Positions 25,395 through 38,979 of a stretch of 64,000 bases of DNA are shown here, piece by piece. The notes under the pieces are model-generated. The model searched no databases. It was given only the letters and a program-made list of their open reading frames with translations, and was not told where the DNA came from. The position numbers and the translations under genes were made by a program. The DNA lies in the NCBI RefSeq assembly GCF_006345805.1, contig NC_043016.1, forward strand, positions 30,752,001 through 30,816,000, read 5' to 3'. The stretch comes from Octopus sinensis (lineage: Eukaryota). The stretch's first letter is position 1, and the number at the start of each line of letters is the position of its first letter.

Positions 25395-26480
25395 ATGAAG
25401 AAGCATACTTCCCAAACATGTGGTCTCAATGAGCAAATCCTTCTTCTCTAGTGCCAGGCTCACCAAAGCCCTGTGAGTGTATTTGGAAAATCCAAACTGT
25501 AAAAGCTTTTTTCCCAACCACATGGTTCTGGGTTCAGTGCCTCTTGTGGAACCTCAAGCAAGTGTCTTCTACTATAGCTTTGGGCTGACCAAAGCCTTGT
25601 GAGTGGATTTGGTTGATGGAAAATGAAAGAAACTCGTCGCAGGAGTGGCTGTGTGGTAAGAAGCTTGTTTCCCAACCACATGGTTCTGGGTTCAGTTTCA
25701 CTGCATGGCACCTTGGGCAAGTGTTTTCAACTATAACCTCAGGCCAACCAGAACCTTGTGAATGGATTTGGTAGATGGAAGCTGAAAAAAGCCCGTCATG
25801 TGTGTGTGTGTGTATGTATATGTGCGTGTGTGTGTGTATGTATATGTGCGTGTGTGTGTGTGTCTGTGTTTGCCCCCCCCCCCACTGACAAGAAATGTTA
25901 GTGTGCTTACATCTCCATAACCTAACGGTTCAGCAAGAGAGATCAACAGAATAAGTACTAGGCTTACAAAGAATAAGCCCTGGGGTCAATTTCTTCAACT
26001 AAAAACTCTTAAAGCTGTGCTCCAGCATGGCCGCAGTGAATAGAGTGAAACAAGTAAAAGAATATATATATAGGTGCAGGAATGTCTGTGTGATAAAAAG
26101 CTTGCTTCCCAACCATAGGGTTCTGGGTTCAGTCTCACTGGGTGGCACCTTGGGCAAGTGTCTTCTACTATAGCCTCATACTGACCAAAGCTTTGTCAGT
26201 GGATTTGATAGATGGAAACTGAAAGAAGCCTGTCGTATACATGTGTGTGTGTATATGTATATTTATTTGTGTGTGTCTTTGTGTCTGTGTTTGCTCCCCC
26301 ACCATCGCTTGACAGCCAATGCTAGTGTGTTTACGTCCCCCGTAACTTAGCAGTTCAGCAAAAGTAACTGATAGAATAAGTACTAGGCTTACAAAGAATA
26401 AGTCCTGGGGTTGATTTGTTCAACTAAAGGTGGTTCTCCAGCATAGCTGCAATCAAATGACTGAAACAAGTAAAAGAATA
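25395..26480 (+). mobile_element. Tandem cluster of family A SINEs (two 5' halves + two full copies)
   Basis: ccaaagcc..tgtgagtg.atttgg core recurs four times head-to-tail. Confidence 0.75.
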
Positions 26481-26492
26481 TATATATATATA

Positions 26493-27005
26493 TCTTTATA
26501 TATAAAACTGTAGTTGTGTGAGTGTCTGTCCCCTTCGATTTAGATTCCTAACTCCTCCCACATTTTGTGGTGCAGTTTAACCAAATTCGGGTATCTTATA
26601 GTCGTGATTCATATCGAGCCCGTCTGGCTATTAGCGCGCGTCAATGATGAGTCTACGATTTTAAAAATAATTTAACATCATTTTTTATTCCATTTTAATG
26701 CATAATTTTTCGTGTGTCGATGGCGGCGGAGTTGGCATCCATGGTTACACCTGCACCTGTTTGCTTCTCCCCCTTCTTCCCTCCCTCGTGAAGCTGTGGG
26801 GAACGGAGTGTAATGAAATCAACGTCGTAATGCGTTGTCAAGGAGACCAGCGTTCTTTTAGAACAACGACTTCATGGCTTGAAGACACCAAAACAGAAAT
26901 GGCTAAGAAAGCCCGAATTGGCATCTATAAGGGAAGTAACTCTCTAAAAATGCTTATATAGTTATTTCCTTTACAAACCCAAGCAACGCCGGGCAATACT
27001 GCTAG
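26493..27005 (+). mobile_element. Non-autonomous Helitron (513 bp), same family as 8491-9002
   Basis: a|TC 5' end, gcaacgccggg hairpin, CTAG|t 3' end; ORFs 8514- and 26698+ give near-identical peptides. Confidence 0.88.
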
Positions 27006-27449
27006 TATATATATATATATGTATATATGTATTTATGTATTATCATCATCACCATCATTTAATGTCCATTTTCCATGCTGACATGGGTTGGATGATTTGA
27101 TTGGAGCTGGGGAGCTGCCTGGGCTCCATTTGTCTGTGTTGGCATGGTTTCTACAGCTTCCCAATGCCAGCCACTTCAGATTGTACAGTGCTTTTAATGT
27201 ATGTGTATATACATACACAAACACATACACACACACTCACATATGTATGTGTCTATGTATGTGCCTTTGTGTTCGTGTTGTATTTGCACCACACCACCAT
27301 TTGACACCAGGTGTTGGTTTGTTTATGTTTTACAACATGATATATAGAATACATGCAAGAACTTAACCTTAGCTATGAAACACAACAGCATGATCAGCTG
27401 ATTGAATACCTGAACAGCAGCAGAAGGGAAGAAAAGCAATAGAGGATAT

Positions 27450-27685
27450 TGGTGAGCTGGCAGAAACGTTAGCACACTGGGCGAAATGCGTTGCCGTATT
27501 TCGTCTGCCATTACGTTCTGAGTTCAAATTCCGCCGAGGTCGACTTTGCCTTTCATCCTTTCGGGGTCGATTAAATAAGTACCAGTTACGCACTGGGGGT
27601 CGATATAATCGACTTAATCCATTTGTCTGTCCTTGTTTGTCCTCTCTGTGTTTAGCGCCTTGGTGGGTGGTAAAGAAATAGGTAT
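27450..27685 (+). mobile_element. SINE family B, young
   Basis: ggtgagctggcagaaacgttagc...gagttcaaattccgccgaggtcgac. Confidence 0.85.
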
Positions 27686-28119
27686 TGACATGAATCAGAA
27701 GAATTTTGTAGATAAGAAAGAAGAAGAAAAAATGGAAAAGAACAAGAAAGATTGGGCTGCTGGTAAGAGTTGTCCTTCTTCAAGCTAGGAAGTAACACAC
27801 AACTAAAAGGAGACAGATAAGAAAGAGAGTGGAGATGGAATGAATGAATGAAGATGGAAAGAATGAATAAGTGTCAGGAGATGAAATGATGAGAAGAATG
27901 ACCGGAGAGAGGGGGGGGGAAGGAGTAGAAAAGAAATCTCCCTCTTGCTAAATTAAACCTTTTGGTCCCTTGCTAAGATTTGAATGAACTTTGTGAAATC
28001 CTTTCCACATGCTACTCTTCGGCAAAGATGGCTACCATAAGTAGTACATCTGCAGAGAAAGCTTTTCACATTTGTGGTCCACTGTTTTTCCAATTCCACA
28101 TACCTCACAAAACTTCATG

Positions 28120-28153
<34 letters not shown>

Positions 28154-28959
28154 ACCAAACATCCACCCACCAGCCTTTCTCTCTCTCTCTCTCTCTCTCT
28201 TTTTCTCTCTCACACACACACACACTACTCCCCCACCCCCCAACCAAACATACATTCCATTACTCCACTCTAAACCATCACATTGCACATGAACAGTCTC
28301 TGGTCATTGTGAACTACATCATGTGGCACTGGTGGTAGTGGTAGTGGTGGTGACAGTGCTGATGGTTGCAGTGGGGGGGGGGTGCTGATGGCTTCAGTGG
28401 TGGTGGTGGTGGTGGTGGTGGTGGTGGTGGTGATAGTAAAGTAGTCGTAGTAAAAAAATAATAGTAATGACATTTTAGTATTAATAGGGAAATGACTTTA
28501 TACACCTGTCAACGGTAATTAGTTTTGATGACATTTTCACCAATAAATATCAGATTTAACATTTTTACTGAGTGGCTTGTGCGTGCGTGCGTGTGTGTGT
28601 GTGTGTGAGTGTGTGTGTGTGTGTGTGTGTGAGTGTGGTGTGTGATCGTAAGTGTGTGAGTGCCTCTGTATGTGTGTGTGTGGGTGTGTACATGCGCGCA
28701 TGCATGCTAAAGATTCTTTCTTGAAATACATTGCATTTTATATTCGATTGTCTTTTTCTGGGTGATTTGTTTTTGTTGTTTTCAGGTTTTTTATTGTACC
28801 CATTTTTACTACTACTACTACTACTACTACTACTATTATTATGTCTGAATCATTATAGAAGATTGCTACGCTTCTAAAATTTAACATTTCCGGCTTAATT
28901 CTTGAATTTTGCCTGGCCAAAATCTACAAAGTACTTGTAATGTATTGTGTATATTTGTG

Positions 28960-29204
28960 CATTTGTAAGTGCATGTGGAGTTTGCACACGTGTGTGTGTT
29001 TGTGTGCATGTGTGAGTGTGTGTGTGTGTGTGTGCGTGTATATGTGTGTGTATACATGTTTGTGTTTGTGTGTGTGTGTGTGTGTGTACATGCATGTGAG
29101 TATGTGTGCATACATGCATGTTTCTCCATGTGTGTGTGCATGCAAGTGTTTTTCTGTAGCATGTGTGTGCATGTGGGTGTAAGCGTGTGCATGCAAGTAT
29201 TTCT

Positions 29205-29238
<34 letters not shown>

Positions 29239-29510
29239 CATGTGTGTGTGTGCAAGCATGCAAGTGTTTCTCTAGAGTGTGTGTGTGTGTATGCATGTGT
29301 GTGTGTGTGCATGCATGCATGCAAGTGTTTCTCCAGTGTGTGTGTGTGTGTATGCATGTGTGTGTATGCATGTGTATGTGTATGCATGTGTGTGTGTGTG
29401 CATGCATGCATGCAAGTGTTTCTCTAGTGTGTGTGTGTGTCTTTGTATATGTGTGTGTGTGCATGCATGCATGCATGCAAGTGTTTCTCTAGTGCGTGTG
29501 TGTGTCTTTG
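28960..29510. repeat. Compound (TG)n/(CATG)n minisatellite with recurring anchor GCAAGTGTTTCTCTAG
   Basis: anchor recurs about six times at ~50-90 bp spacing between 29140 and 29495. Confidence 0.85.
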
Positions 29511-29974
29511 TATCTGTGTTTGGTTTGTTCCCCACCACCACCTAAAAACTGGTACTGGTTTGTTAATGGCCCCACCCCCACCCCCCACCCATAGCCTAGC
29601 AGTTTGGCAAAAGACACTAGTAGAATTATTACCAGGCTTTAAAAAAAAATAAAAAAGTACTGGTATCAATTCATTCGACTAAAACTTCTTCAAGGTGGTG
29701 CCCCAGCATGGCCGCAGTCCAATGACTGAAACAAGTAAAAGATAACAAATGACAGAGAAAGGAAAGTAAATGCACCATTGTCTCTTACTCAATGCATCAT
29801 ATTTTCTAAAACAGACACTTCTGAGCTTCTTGTACCTCATGCATTTGTTTATCCAATTGTTTATCTTGTATCTTTTACTTGTATCTCTTAATGAACTGCA
29901 ACCATGCTGAGCCACAACCTCAAAGAGTTTTAATCAAATGAACTGACCCCCAATAGTTTTTTTTTTTTTTTGTT

Positions 29975-30334
29975 AGCGGTGAGCTGGCAGAATCGTTAGC
30001 ATGCCGGGCAAAATGCTTAGCAGTATTTCATCTGCCGTTATATTCTGAGTTCAAATTCTGCCGAGGTCATCTTTGCCTTTCATCCCTTCAGGGGTCGATA
30101 AATTAAGTACCAGTTACACACTGGGGTCGATGTAATCGACTTAATCCCTTTGTCTGTCCTTGTTTGACCCCTCTCTGTTTAGCCCTTTGTCAGCAATAAA
30201 GAAATAAGTAAGCCAGCCTGGTACTTATTCTGTTAGTCTCTTATGCTAAACCACTAAGTTACAGTGACATAAGCCACCAACACTGGTTGTCAAATGGTGG
30301 TGAGGGTCACACATAAACACACATACATTACACA

Positions 30335-30367
<33 letters not shown>

Positions 30368-30590
30368 ACACACACACACACACACATATATATATTATAT
30401 ACATACACACATACGTACACATACACACACACGAAGGTTTCTTTCAGTTTCTGTCTACCAGATCCATTCACAAGACTTTGGTCAGCATGGGGGAGCTCTA
30501 GTAGAAGACACTTGCCCAAGATGTCACACAGCTTAACTCAAGCCAGAACCATCTGTTTGGGAAGCAAATGTCTTACCATGCAGTCATGCC
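29975..30590. mobile_element. SINE B (+, 29975-30210) abutting SINE A (-, 30210-30590)
   Basis: family motifs on opposite strands. Confidence 0.75.
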
Positions 30591-31449
30591 TGTGGAATTA
30601 TATACTATGGTCAAGCTACTTTTGTTCTCTTCTTTTAATCGGTGACTTTAGTATGATTACAAAACTCTTGTCATCATTGTTATTTAATCATAGAACAGAC
30701 TTGTGACGGACTGGCTCTACAATCAAAGATGTTCCTGTCATAAGCATCTCATTCTTTTGTATATCCAGAACTACATTGTCAAATGTTCCCTCCCTTTTTG
30801 TAAGTTGAAAGGATGTGTGATGATGGTCAAGTCTATCTCAAATTACATCTTACAGTCTTAAAAATAGGACATATTTGGATAATGTAATCTTAGATTTACA
30901 AAATTACTATCTGACAAATTTAATTCTTAGATTTTAAATCAGTGTTTCAAACCTAGCTCAAGTTATAGTTCTCTTACTATTCATAGTTTTTAAGATCCTG
31001 GGTATTGTTTCTCTTTATTTGATTATCTTGTGGCAAAAGCTATGTAGATTTTTATCAAACCCTTGTGATAACTTTGTAAAATGCTCTCTTCAGTTTTGAT
31101 ATTGTATGACTTCTTATCTCTTTTGTTGATAAACATACCTGTTTTATCCTATGATCAAGGTGTTTCTCTTAAGGCAATCATCATCTGAGAACTGACCAAT
31201 AAAAGGATGAACCATAGTCATCCCTCCAAAACCAGGAGACAGGACCCTAATTGAAGAGAATAGCGCCGTGATCACTGATGAACCTAGTACACTGATAATA
31301 GACTGAAATAAGTGACATGTTTGTCATATGATCTGATAAAGGTGCTGGTGTCAATAATAATGGTTACATCAAATTTAACCATTATTCAAAGAAATGCTTG
31401 TTTCTTTACATCTACACAAACATAATACAATTTCTGTTTGTTCCTTTGA

Positions 31450-34130
31450 TCTTTGTATGAGTTGATGACCAAATTATACAGATATTCATCTGGCATACCA
31501 GATTTACCAAACTGGTCTGAGTTGATTGATAAGAATCCTTAATGAGGGCTATTAATGAGCTTGATTCTTCCTGATACTTTCAATGGCCTTCCAGATGATT
31601 CAGTAGACATGTCCCATAATGTCACGAAAAGCTAAAAACAAATTTCTGACACAGATTGCTAGATTGAGCTTTCTTGTTAATGACAGTTTGATGAATATTC
31701 CATAACTCTAGTAGAAAGAGGTGGAGGGTAATCATTCTCGAGTACACTGGAAGAACTATTTGATCATGAAAAGCTGATAGCTTGATATAATAACATGTTC
31801 CAGACACATAGGTGCTGATGAAATAACTCACAAAGTCTTCCAGTCTTTCAGCATCAGATATATTCTTCATGAGATAATCCATCCTGTTAACCACTTTAGA
31901 AAATCCAGTCTATCCAATATTCTGCAAAAATGTTTCGCTCAATGCATTACTCTGTATGCAGTGCTTAGTCATGCATTTTTCACCTTTCTTCATCAGTTTT
32001 GGATCAGATGGTAGAAAAAACTACAAAATTACATTACGGTCCCAAAATTATAATGATACAATATGATTATTACTTATTAAAAATTAGTTATCATAAAGGT
32101 GGGGGTCTGGATTGAACTTTATTCGTCCTTGCCTTAAGAACTTTCATATAGACTGGAGAAGGCATACACATGATATACTAGATTGACAAAATGAACTTGT
32201 GCAGTATATAACAGAATAATCTTGAATATGTTGCAAAAGTCTCATGCACTGCTTGAACTTTTCTTGGTATTCATGTAGCTTTCTATATACAGCCCAGAAC
32301 CCTCTTTATTGTTCATTGTTGCTGTCAATAGACAAGCATTTTTTTTAGGTCACTAAAAGTGTGTAATAAAATTACAAAACCTGCAATGCTCACTATAAAT
32401 TATGAACCTGATGCAACTCTCACACCTGACCATCATTTGAACTGAAAACATGACAAAGAGAAAGAGTGCAATACTCTAGTTACACATTGCTTTCATTAGA
32501 GAGACTGAAAAGAATATTATGTTAGTGTTCTCTTTCATTATCTTGCTTTAAAAAGGTGCAAAAAAAAGCAAAATCACTGAAAAAAATAATATTGTGTCCA
32601 CTTTGTGCGTTAAATGAAGTTAAAGAGTAAAGGGGATTTTGTCCCTTGAAGTTGCCATTGGGACTTCATATTTACATATAGTGGAAACCACTTAATATAG
32701 TCATGGATAATGTTATCAACCATTTATGGAAAAGGCTTCTCCAAAATTGATTGTAGTAAGTGACTTCCACTGGACATATAATACACACATGCACATGAAT
32801 ATATACAGACAAATACATATACATACACCACATAATTGCACACACAGAGAAATTTATACACATCCATACATAGTTACATATTAAGGGTTTTCAGAACTGT
32901 AATTTCACTATAATTATAACTGTCATCATTTATTTATTCCATCCAGAGAATTCTTCTGTTTAAATTTCTCCTCTATCTTTAATCATCATGTTTAACCGTA
33001 TGTATTATGAACAAATCATGTGCTATAACTGACATAGCAAAAATGTGCAAAACAGGTTTTCTGTTTGGGTGGGGAAGAAATATAAGATGTATATCAGCTA
33101 ACCTCCAATTAATTGTGTTAGTTTATCCTAAACAGCTATAAACAAATTTGTTTCTGTCCCCAGGCCTTGAAATATGCATTAACCTAAATATGATATTTAG
33201 TTAAAGCTGCATTTCAGCTTTTTTTATTTACTGATTTTGTCAGCTATTCTTCTAAAGGGTTTGTGTTTGTGCCAGAATCAATATAATCATATTATGTGGA
33301 ACTTTTACTTTTCTATTTTTATTATTATTTTATCTTATCTTTTAACTTTAATAGTCATATACTCTCCTTATAAGGATGTGGTGTGGCAGAATAGTCAATC
33401 ATTGAACTAAATGTCTCATATTATTTAAGTTTTATCATGAAATTTTATTGACTCCGGGAGCATGAAAGGTCAAATTTTACATACTTCTGAAGTTAATAAA
33501 ATAAGTTTTATTTTATAATTTAATTTTTAAAGGCTATTGGTTGTATATCTACGTATTAAAAGGGTTAATTCCAATGATTTCAATATCCAGAATAACCATA
33601 GTAGTGATTAAAGGAAAATATTAGGCATGTATCCCAGATTTTAGAATAGATATATTGTAATCTTTGCATGTCAGAAATAACTAAAAGAGTTATCAAAGAA
33701 AGCTCAAAGTGTAAAATACTGGCTCAAAAAGACACATCAAATGTGCAATCAGCATAGAAAATTGTGTGTAAAAACAATGTCTGTTAGCTGACATTGTTCT
33801 TTGATTGATCGAGTAAGGGAAATCAATCATTTAATCAATTGATTATAAATATGTAGTCATCCATACAAATACATACCCTTGTGCCAATGGGAGAATCAAT
33901 ATATCAATGAAATATAGCAAAGAGCTGCAAAGGTGGTCAAGGAGCTAGACACATTCCATAAATGATGGTTATAGAAGATTTTTCTAAGTTACCTGAGAAG
34001 ACAGAATCATAAATGAAGAATGTTTTCTTTGAAGCAAATCCTTTACTGCTACAAAACATCATTAGTACTCGTTCAGTTTCACTTAGTATGTCATATTTTG
34101 CACTGGTCAACCACTCCAGCATGCAAAAAA
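31450..34130 (-). pseudogene. Fossil Mutator-like (MULE) transposase, fragmented
   Basis: minus-strand peptides in MULE order: ETERVLMMF...YGMCLAP*PPLQLFAIFH (DGTF..P..F.QL.TIH), FWAVYRKL, FVSYFISTYVSG, HLFLLELWNIH..SSNLCQ, IIWKAIESIRKNQ; stops and frameshifts. Confidence 0.7.
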
Positions 34131-34189
34131 CTACATTGATGTAAATGCCAGAAAAAAGTAAAATTATGTATGTATATATATATATATAT

Positions 34190-34490
34190 ATATAAATCTG
34201 AGAATGTGTGTCTGTCTGTCTGTGTGTTTCCCTAAAACTTGAGAACTACACAACCAATTTCATTCAAATTTCACACATGCCTTACTTAGGGTCCGGGGAG
34301 TGTCATCCGGCAAAATTTTTTTTATCTTTTTGCCTAGGGCGAGCCCACAGCAATATCATATCTTCTCCACTACGATTCCCTGAAAGGCAAAGTTGACTTT
34401 GGCAGAATTTGAACTCAGAATGTAAAGACAGACGAAATACTGCTAAGCATTTCACCCGATGTGCTAACATTTCTGCCAGCTCGCTGCCTT
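34190..34490 (+). mobile_element. Helitron-N 5' fragment (34190-34380) followed by SINE B fragment
   Basis: tatataaatctgagaatgtgtgtctgtc start; gaaaggcaaagttgac...gaatttgaactc (SINE B core, reverse orientation). Confidence 0.55.
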
Positions 34491-35699
34491 AAATATTGGA
34501 GCACTTTGTCATCTAGTGGAGTGATATATTTATAAGTATTCAAATGGTATATTTGAACATAGCATCAAACACCTATAATTTAGTAATACCTATTCTTTTT
34601 GAGATTTTGTCTACATCAGTTGGTGTTCTTTTGCTTTGTAAGCTTTCTTGATAGTGTAGTTATTCTACTGAGTGTTGTTAGTCACCATTCCTAAATTTTA
34701 TTATTTTATCATATTACATGGGTATGATAGTGATCATCTTCATCGTAATATTGACCATAGCTTGCATTGAGCACAAGAATGGACATGTCACATAGAGCAT
34801 CATCAGTGTCCTAAGTTTATAAAAAATTGTGATACTACTGTTCCTCATCAGTGTTTTGACTGTGGCCCTATGGTTCATTCTCCCATGGGTCAAAACAGAA
34901 AAATATTTGGTTTGTGAGCAACTCAGGATGTTTCAGATAGTGGCCTAACAAGCTGCTGCTGTCTTCATGTTTTTCAACTAAGAGAGTATCATCACAGTTG
35001 TTAATTAGTAATTCAGTTAGATGAGCAGATATACGTCTAATCTATCTAATCTATGAAGAAAAAGCAAAGGTGTTTACTTTGCTTTGTTGTTTGGCCCTGG
35101 GTTAGCTTTGATTTACTAGATTTATGATTAATTCCTTAGCATTCAGATTATTCTTCTGTCAAACGTAATACAGTACATCCTGGAACACATTATTCAACTT
35201 GACCTTTTTCCCTAACATTGTAGGATGTGAATTGAAGGATATTTGGTTGCTATTTCAAGCAACTTAGATGATCACATGAAAGTTTCCTTATTGGTTAGCT
35301 TACTGAATTTAAGAGGAAAATAGATTAACTTAGCATAATTTCTTGTTATGTATAAATGTTACTATTAACAGATTTAATCAGTGCAAAATTGGTTTTACGT
35401 GCTGTACTTTTTGTGATTATAAATAATTAGACAAATCACTTGTTAACTGGAATTAATTAGATACTGTAGTTTTGCTAGCAACAGCAGACAGAAGGAATAG
35501 TTAAAACAGCAGTAATTATTGTCTTTGTTGTTGTTTTTGTTGTTATAATAATGATATACAAAATCCTTTGATGCAGGAGTGAGATTAATAATGATGAAAG
35601 GCAAAGTCGACCATGGCATAATTTGAACCCGGAAATATAGTGATGAGCGAAATACTGCTAAGCATTTCATCCAGCATGCTGATGATTCTACCAGCTCTC

Positions 35700-35718
35700 T
35701 GCCTTGATGATGATGATG

Positions 35719-35755
<37 letters not shown>

Positions 35756-36110
35756 TCATCATCGATTAATGTCCGTTTTCCATGCTGGCGTGGGTTGGAC
35801 GGTTTGACTGAGGTCTGGAGAGCTAGTAGCTGCACCAGGCCCCAATCTGGTCTGGCAGTATTTCTACAGCTGGATGCCTTTCCTAACGCCAACCACGCCG
35901 AGAGCACAGTAGGTGCTTTTTACTTGCCACCAGTTCAGGAGCCAGTAAAGCGAGCCTGGCAATGATCATGTTCGGATGGTGTTTTTTGCATGCAACCAAC
36001 ACAGGAGCCAGTCAGGGGGTACTGGCATTGGTCACATTCAGTTGGTGCTTTTTATGTGTCACCAGCACCAGAGCCAGTAAAGCAGGCCTGGTAACAAACA
36101 CGTTCAGATG
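35700..36110 (-). mobile_element. RTE 3'UTR fragment with tandem units
   Basis: gtccgttttccatgctggcgtgggttggacgg; ggtgcttttt units. Confidence 0.75.
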
Positions 36111-36436
36111 AAGCAAATGTCTCCACTGTGCTACATCTGTAATAGAGTGGTTTAAACCATTGCCCATACCACAAACAAATGCCCCGTTCTTGCCCCAAAC
36201 CATTACAAGTTGTGGTGATATGATCAGCTAGAGGATATAAAGGGTATAGTAGATGCCAGTGCTGTTCTTCTAGTTTTTAGGGGTTGGGGCAGGTCGTCAA
36301 GTAGTGTTTGTGTCCATTTTATAGCTAAGGTCAGTAGCAATAGAAATATTTCTAGCTATGCTTCTTCTTTCCTTTTTTCCTCCAGTCCTTTATTTCATCA
36401 TTTCCTTAATCTGTACCCTTCACATTTTCTCTATTT

Positions 36437-36492
36437 GTCTCCAATGTTGGAATATCCCATATTTTAGGATATCCCAGAAACAGCTGTAAGAC
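36437..36492 (+). ncRNA. Degenerate H4 hammerhead motif (core CCAATGT)
   Basis: GTCT...GAAAC AGCT GTA AGAC retained; three core substitutions. Confidence 0.5.
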
Positions 36493-36948
36493 TAATTTTT
36501 CTAATAATAATAACGCTTGACAACCGATGCTGGTGTGTTTACGTCCCCATAACATAGCGGTTTGGCAAAAGAGACCAATAGAATAAGTACTAGGCTTACA
36601 AAGAATAAGTCCTTGGGGTCGATTTGCTCGACTAAAGGCGGTGCTCCAGCATGGTCACAGTCAAATGACTGAAACAAGTAAAAGAGTAAAAGAGTATATG
36701 ACTTGAGATGTTTGTCTTGCCTCAGTGTATGTTGTCCTTTTTAACAAATATATATCCACTATACCAGAAATCTATAATGATTCCACAACTCCTGTCTCAG
36801 CTATGAGCTTGGAACCCTCGTAATCTGTTTACAGCACTTACCCAGAATACCTAGTTGTATAGATCACCTGTGAACTAAACCCCCATATTTCATATATATA
36901 TGTATGTATATTTTGTATAAAACCCAAGTGTGTTTACCTGCATAACTA

Positions 36949-36991
<43 letters not shown>

Positions 36992-37007
36992 GAGTAACAA
37001 AAATGTA

Positions 37008-37650
37008 TAGGTGTCAATTCATTACAGCCGTTTCAAGTGACTCCTAAAATTGATTAATGAAAACATTACATCATTTGAAAGAAACCATTCTCGTCAGATG
37101 ACCACATAGTCTTCAAACATAAGGAATACAACAATTTCCTTAACATATTCACATCAATAATGGAACTCAAAATATTTTTCTTTTGTCATATTTGTGGCAG
37201 AATGAGTTTAGGAAATAATGCATAACTTGTCAAGTCTATTATAATTTAGAGAGTAGCGGAGGAAATAGCTGGGGGTCAAGATAAAAAGAGTGGTGACCTA
37301 GTTACTTACACTTAGAAGATTTTATGTAGATTGTATCTTCAACCATTTAAAATTAAATCCATTGTCAACTGTATTCCAGTTAACGGTAATAAATCAATTC
37401 ATATCAGACAATCTAATAGACTTTACAAGGTATGCATTATTTTCTAAACTCATTCTGCCACAGATTTGACAAAAGAAACAAAGTAAATATTTTGAGTTTT
37501 GTTGTTGATGTGAATATTCTATGGAAATGTCTGTATCCTCTACGTTTGAAGTCTATGCTGTCATCTGATGAGAACGGTTTCTTTCAAATGATGTATTTCA
37601 TTAACCAATCAAAAGAGTCACTTGAAATGTCCATAATGAATTGACACCTG
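37008..37650. mobile_element. Tc1/mariner-type MITE with long (~240-bp) imperfect TIRs
   Basis: ta|(t)aggtgtcaattcatta ... taatgaattgacacctg|ta; 37148-37245 mirrors 37410-37525. Confidence 0.8.
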
Positions 37651-37926
37651 TACATCTTTGTTACTCATTTATACTTTATTCACCTAACTTGGAATCTGCA
37701 CTTCGGAAATACTATAGAAAGTACATTTATAAAAAACTACTTATCTGAATTACCAAGAGCAGATATCTTCACTTACTTGGGTTGCATTGTCTACACACAT
37801 AACAGGAATATCAGGTACAAACACCCCTTCATGGAGTTTTGATATTCAGTATTCAATTGATATTTTGGGTGCATCATTTAAGTACCTAATTCAACGGAAT
37901 CTTAATTTATATGTATATGTATATTT

Positions 37927-37982
<56 letters not shown>

Positions 37983-37984
<2 letters not shown>

Positions 37985-38958
37985 ACATCACAATCAAGGA
38001 ACGGCCATAATAGGCCATTCACCCACTAGAAATAACAGCCAAAGCTTTAACCGCAAAATAACATCAATTCCGTAAACCAGGAGAAAATTAAAAAACATTT
38101 ACCCTGTAATTTCTTATACGATGCACCGTTTCATCTACTGTTTAATGGTAAACTAACCTGATTAAATTAAATCAAGCCAATCTACCATAGGCCCTTAGAT
38201 TCATCAGTAAGAAATAGCCAAGTCGGAACAGATATTTTTCACGAGGCATTCCCGTCCCTGCCTCGGCAATATCTGACCTAAAATTTCAATCATCGCACCT
38301 CGCGCCAAATTTATCGGCAGCAAATAAATATAAGCCGCCGATTCCATTACGGAATGAACCAGAAAATTCATAATTAATCAATATAGGGTGGCAAAAAAAT
38401 TTTGTAGAATTTTTTTGTCACCAGCGGCCTAGTGGGAAAAAATTAAATAGTCATAGACCATTTTTAAGTTCAACATCACAATCAAGGAACGGCCATAATA
38501 GGCCATTCACCCACTAGAAATAACAGCCAAAAGCTTTAACCGCAAAATAACATCAATTCCGTAAACCAGGAGAAAATTAAAAAACATTTACCCTGTAATT
38601 CTTATACGATGCACCGTTTCATCTACTGTTTAATGGTAAACTAACCTGATAGTTATGGTAGATTGGCTTGATTTAATTTAATCAGGTTAGTTACCATTAA
38701 ACAGTAGATGAAACGGTGCATCGTATAAGAAATTACAGGGTAAATGTTTTTTAATTTTCTCCTGGTTTACGGAATTGATGTTATTTTGCGGTTAAAGCTT
38801 TTGGCTGTTATTTCTAGTGGGTGAATGGCCTATTATGGCCGTTCCTTGATTGTGATGTTGAACTTAAAAATGGTCTATGACTATTTAATTTTTTCCCACT
38901 AGGCCGCTGGTGACAAAAAAATTCTACAAAATTTTTTTGCCACCCTATATTGATTAAT
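37983..38958. mobile_element. Partial tandem (488-bp period) plus inverted segment; Penelope-like insertion architecture
   Basis: 37983-38160 repeats at 38471-38650; 38654-38958 is an inverted copy spanning the tandem junction; near-identical; (TA)n flanks. Confidence 0.7.
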
Positions 38959-38979
38959 ATATATATATATATATATATA

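Noticed and set aside
28881-29545. His/Thr- and Cys/Val-rich ORFs here and YI-repeat ORFs elsewhere
   Set aside because: Translations of (CA)n, (TG)n and (TA)n microsatellites
38175-38215. Minus-strand CTGATGA followed by a 6-bp stem
   Set aside because: The stem is followed by GGCTT, not GAAA; no cleavage triplet or stem I
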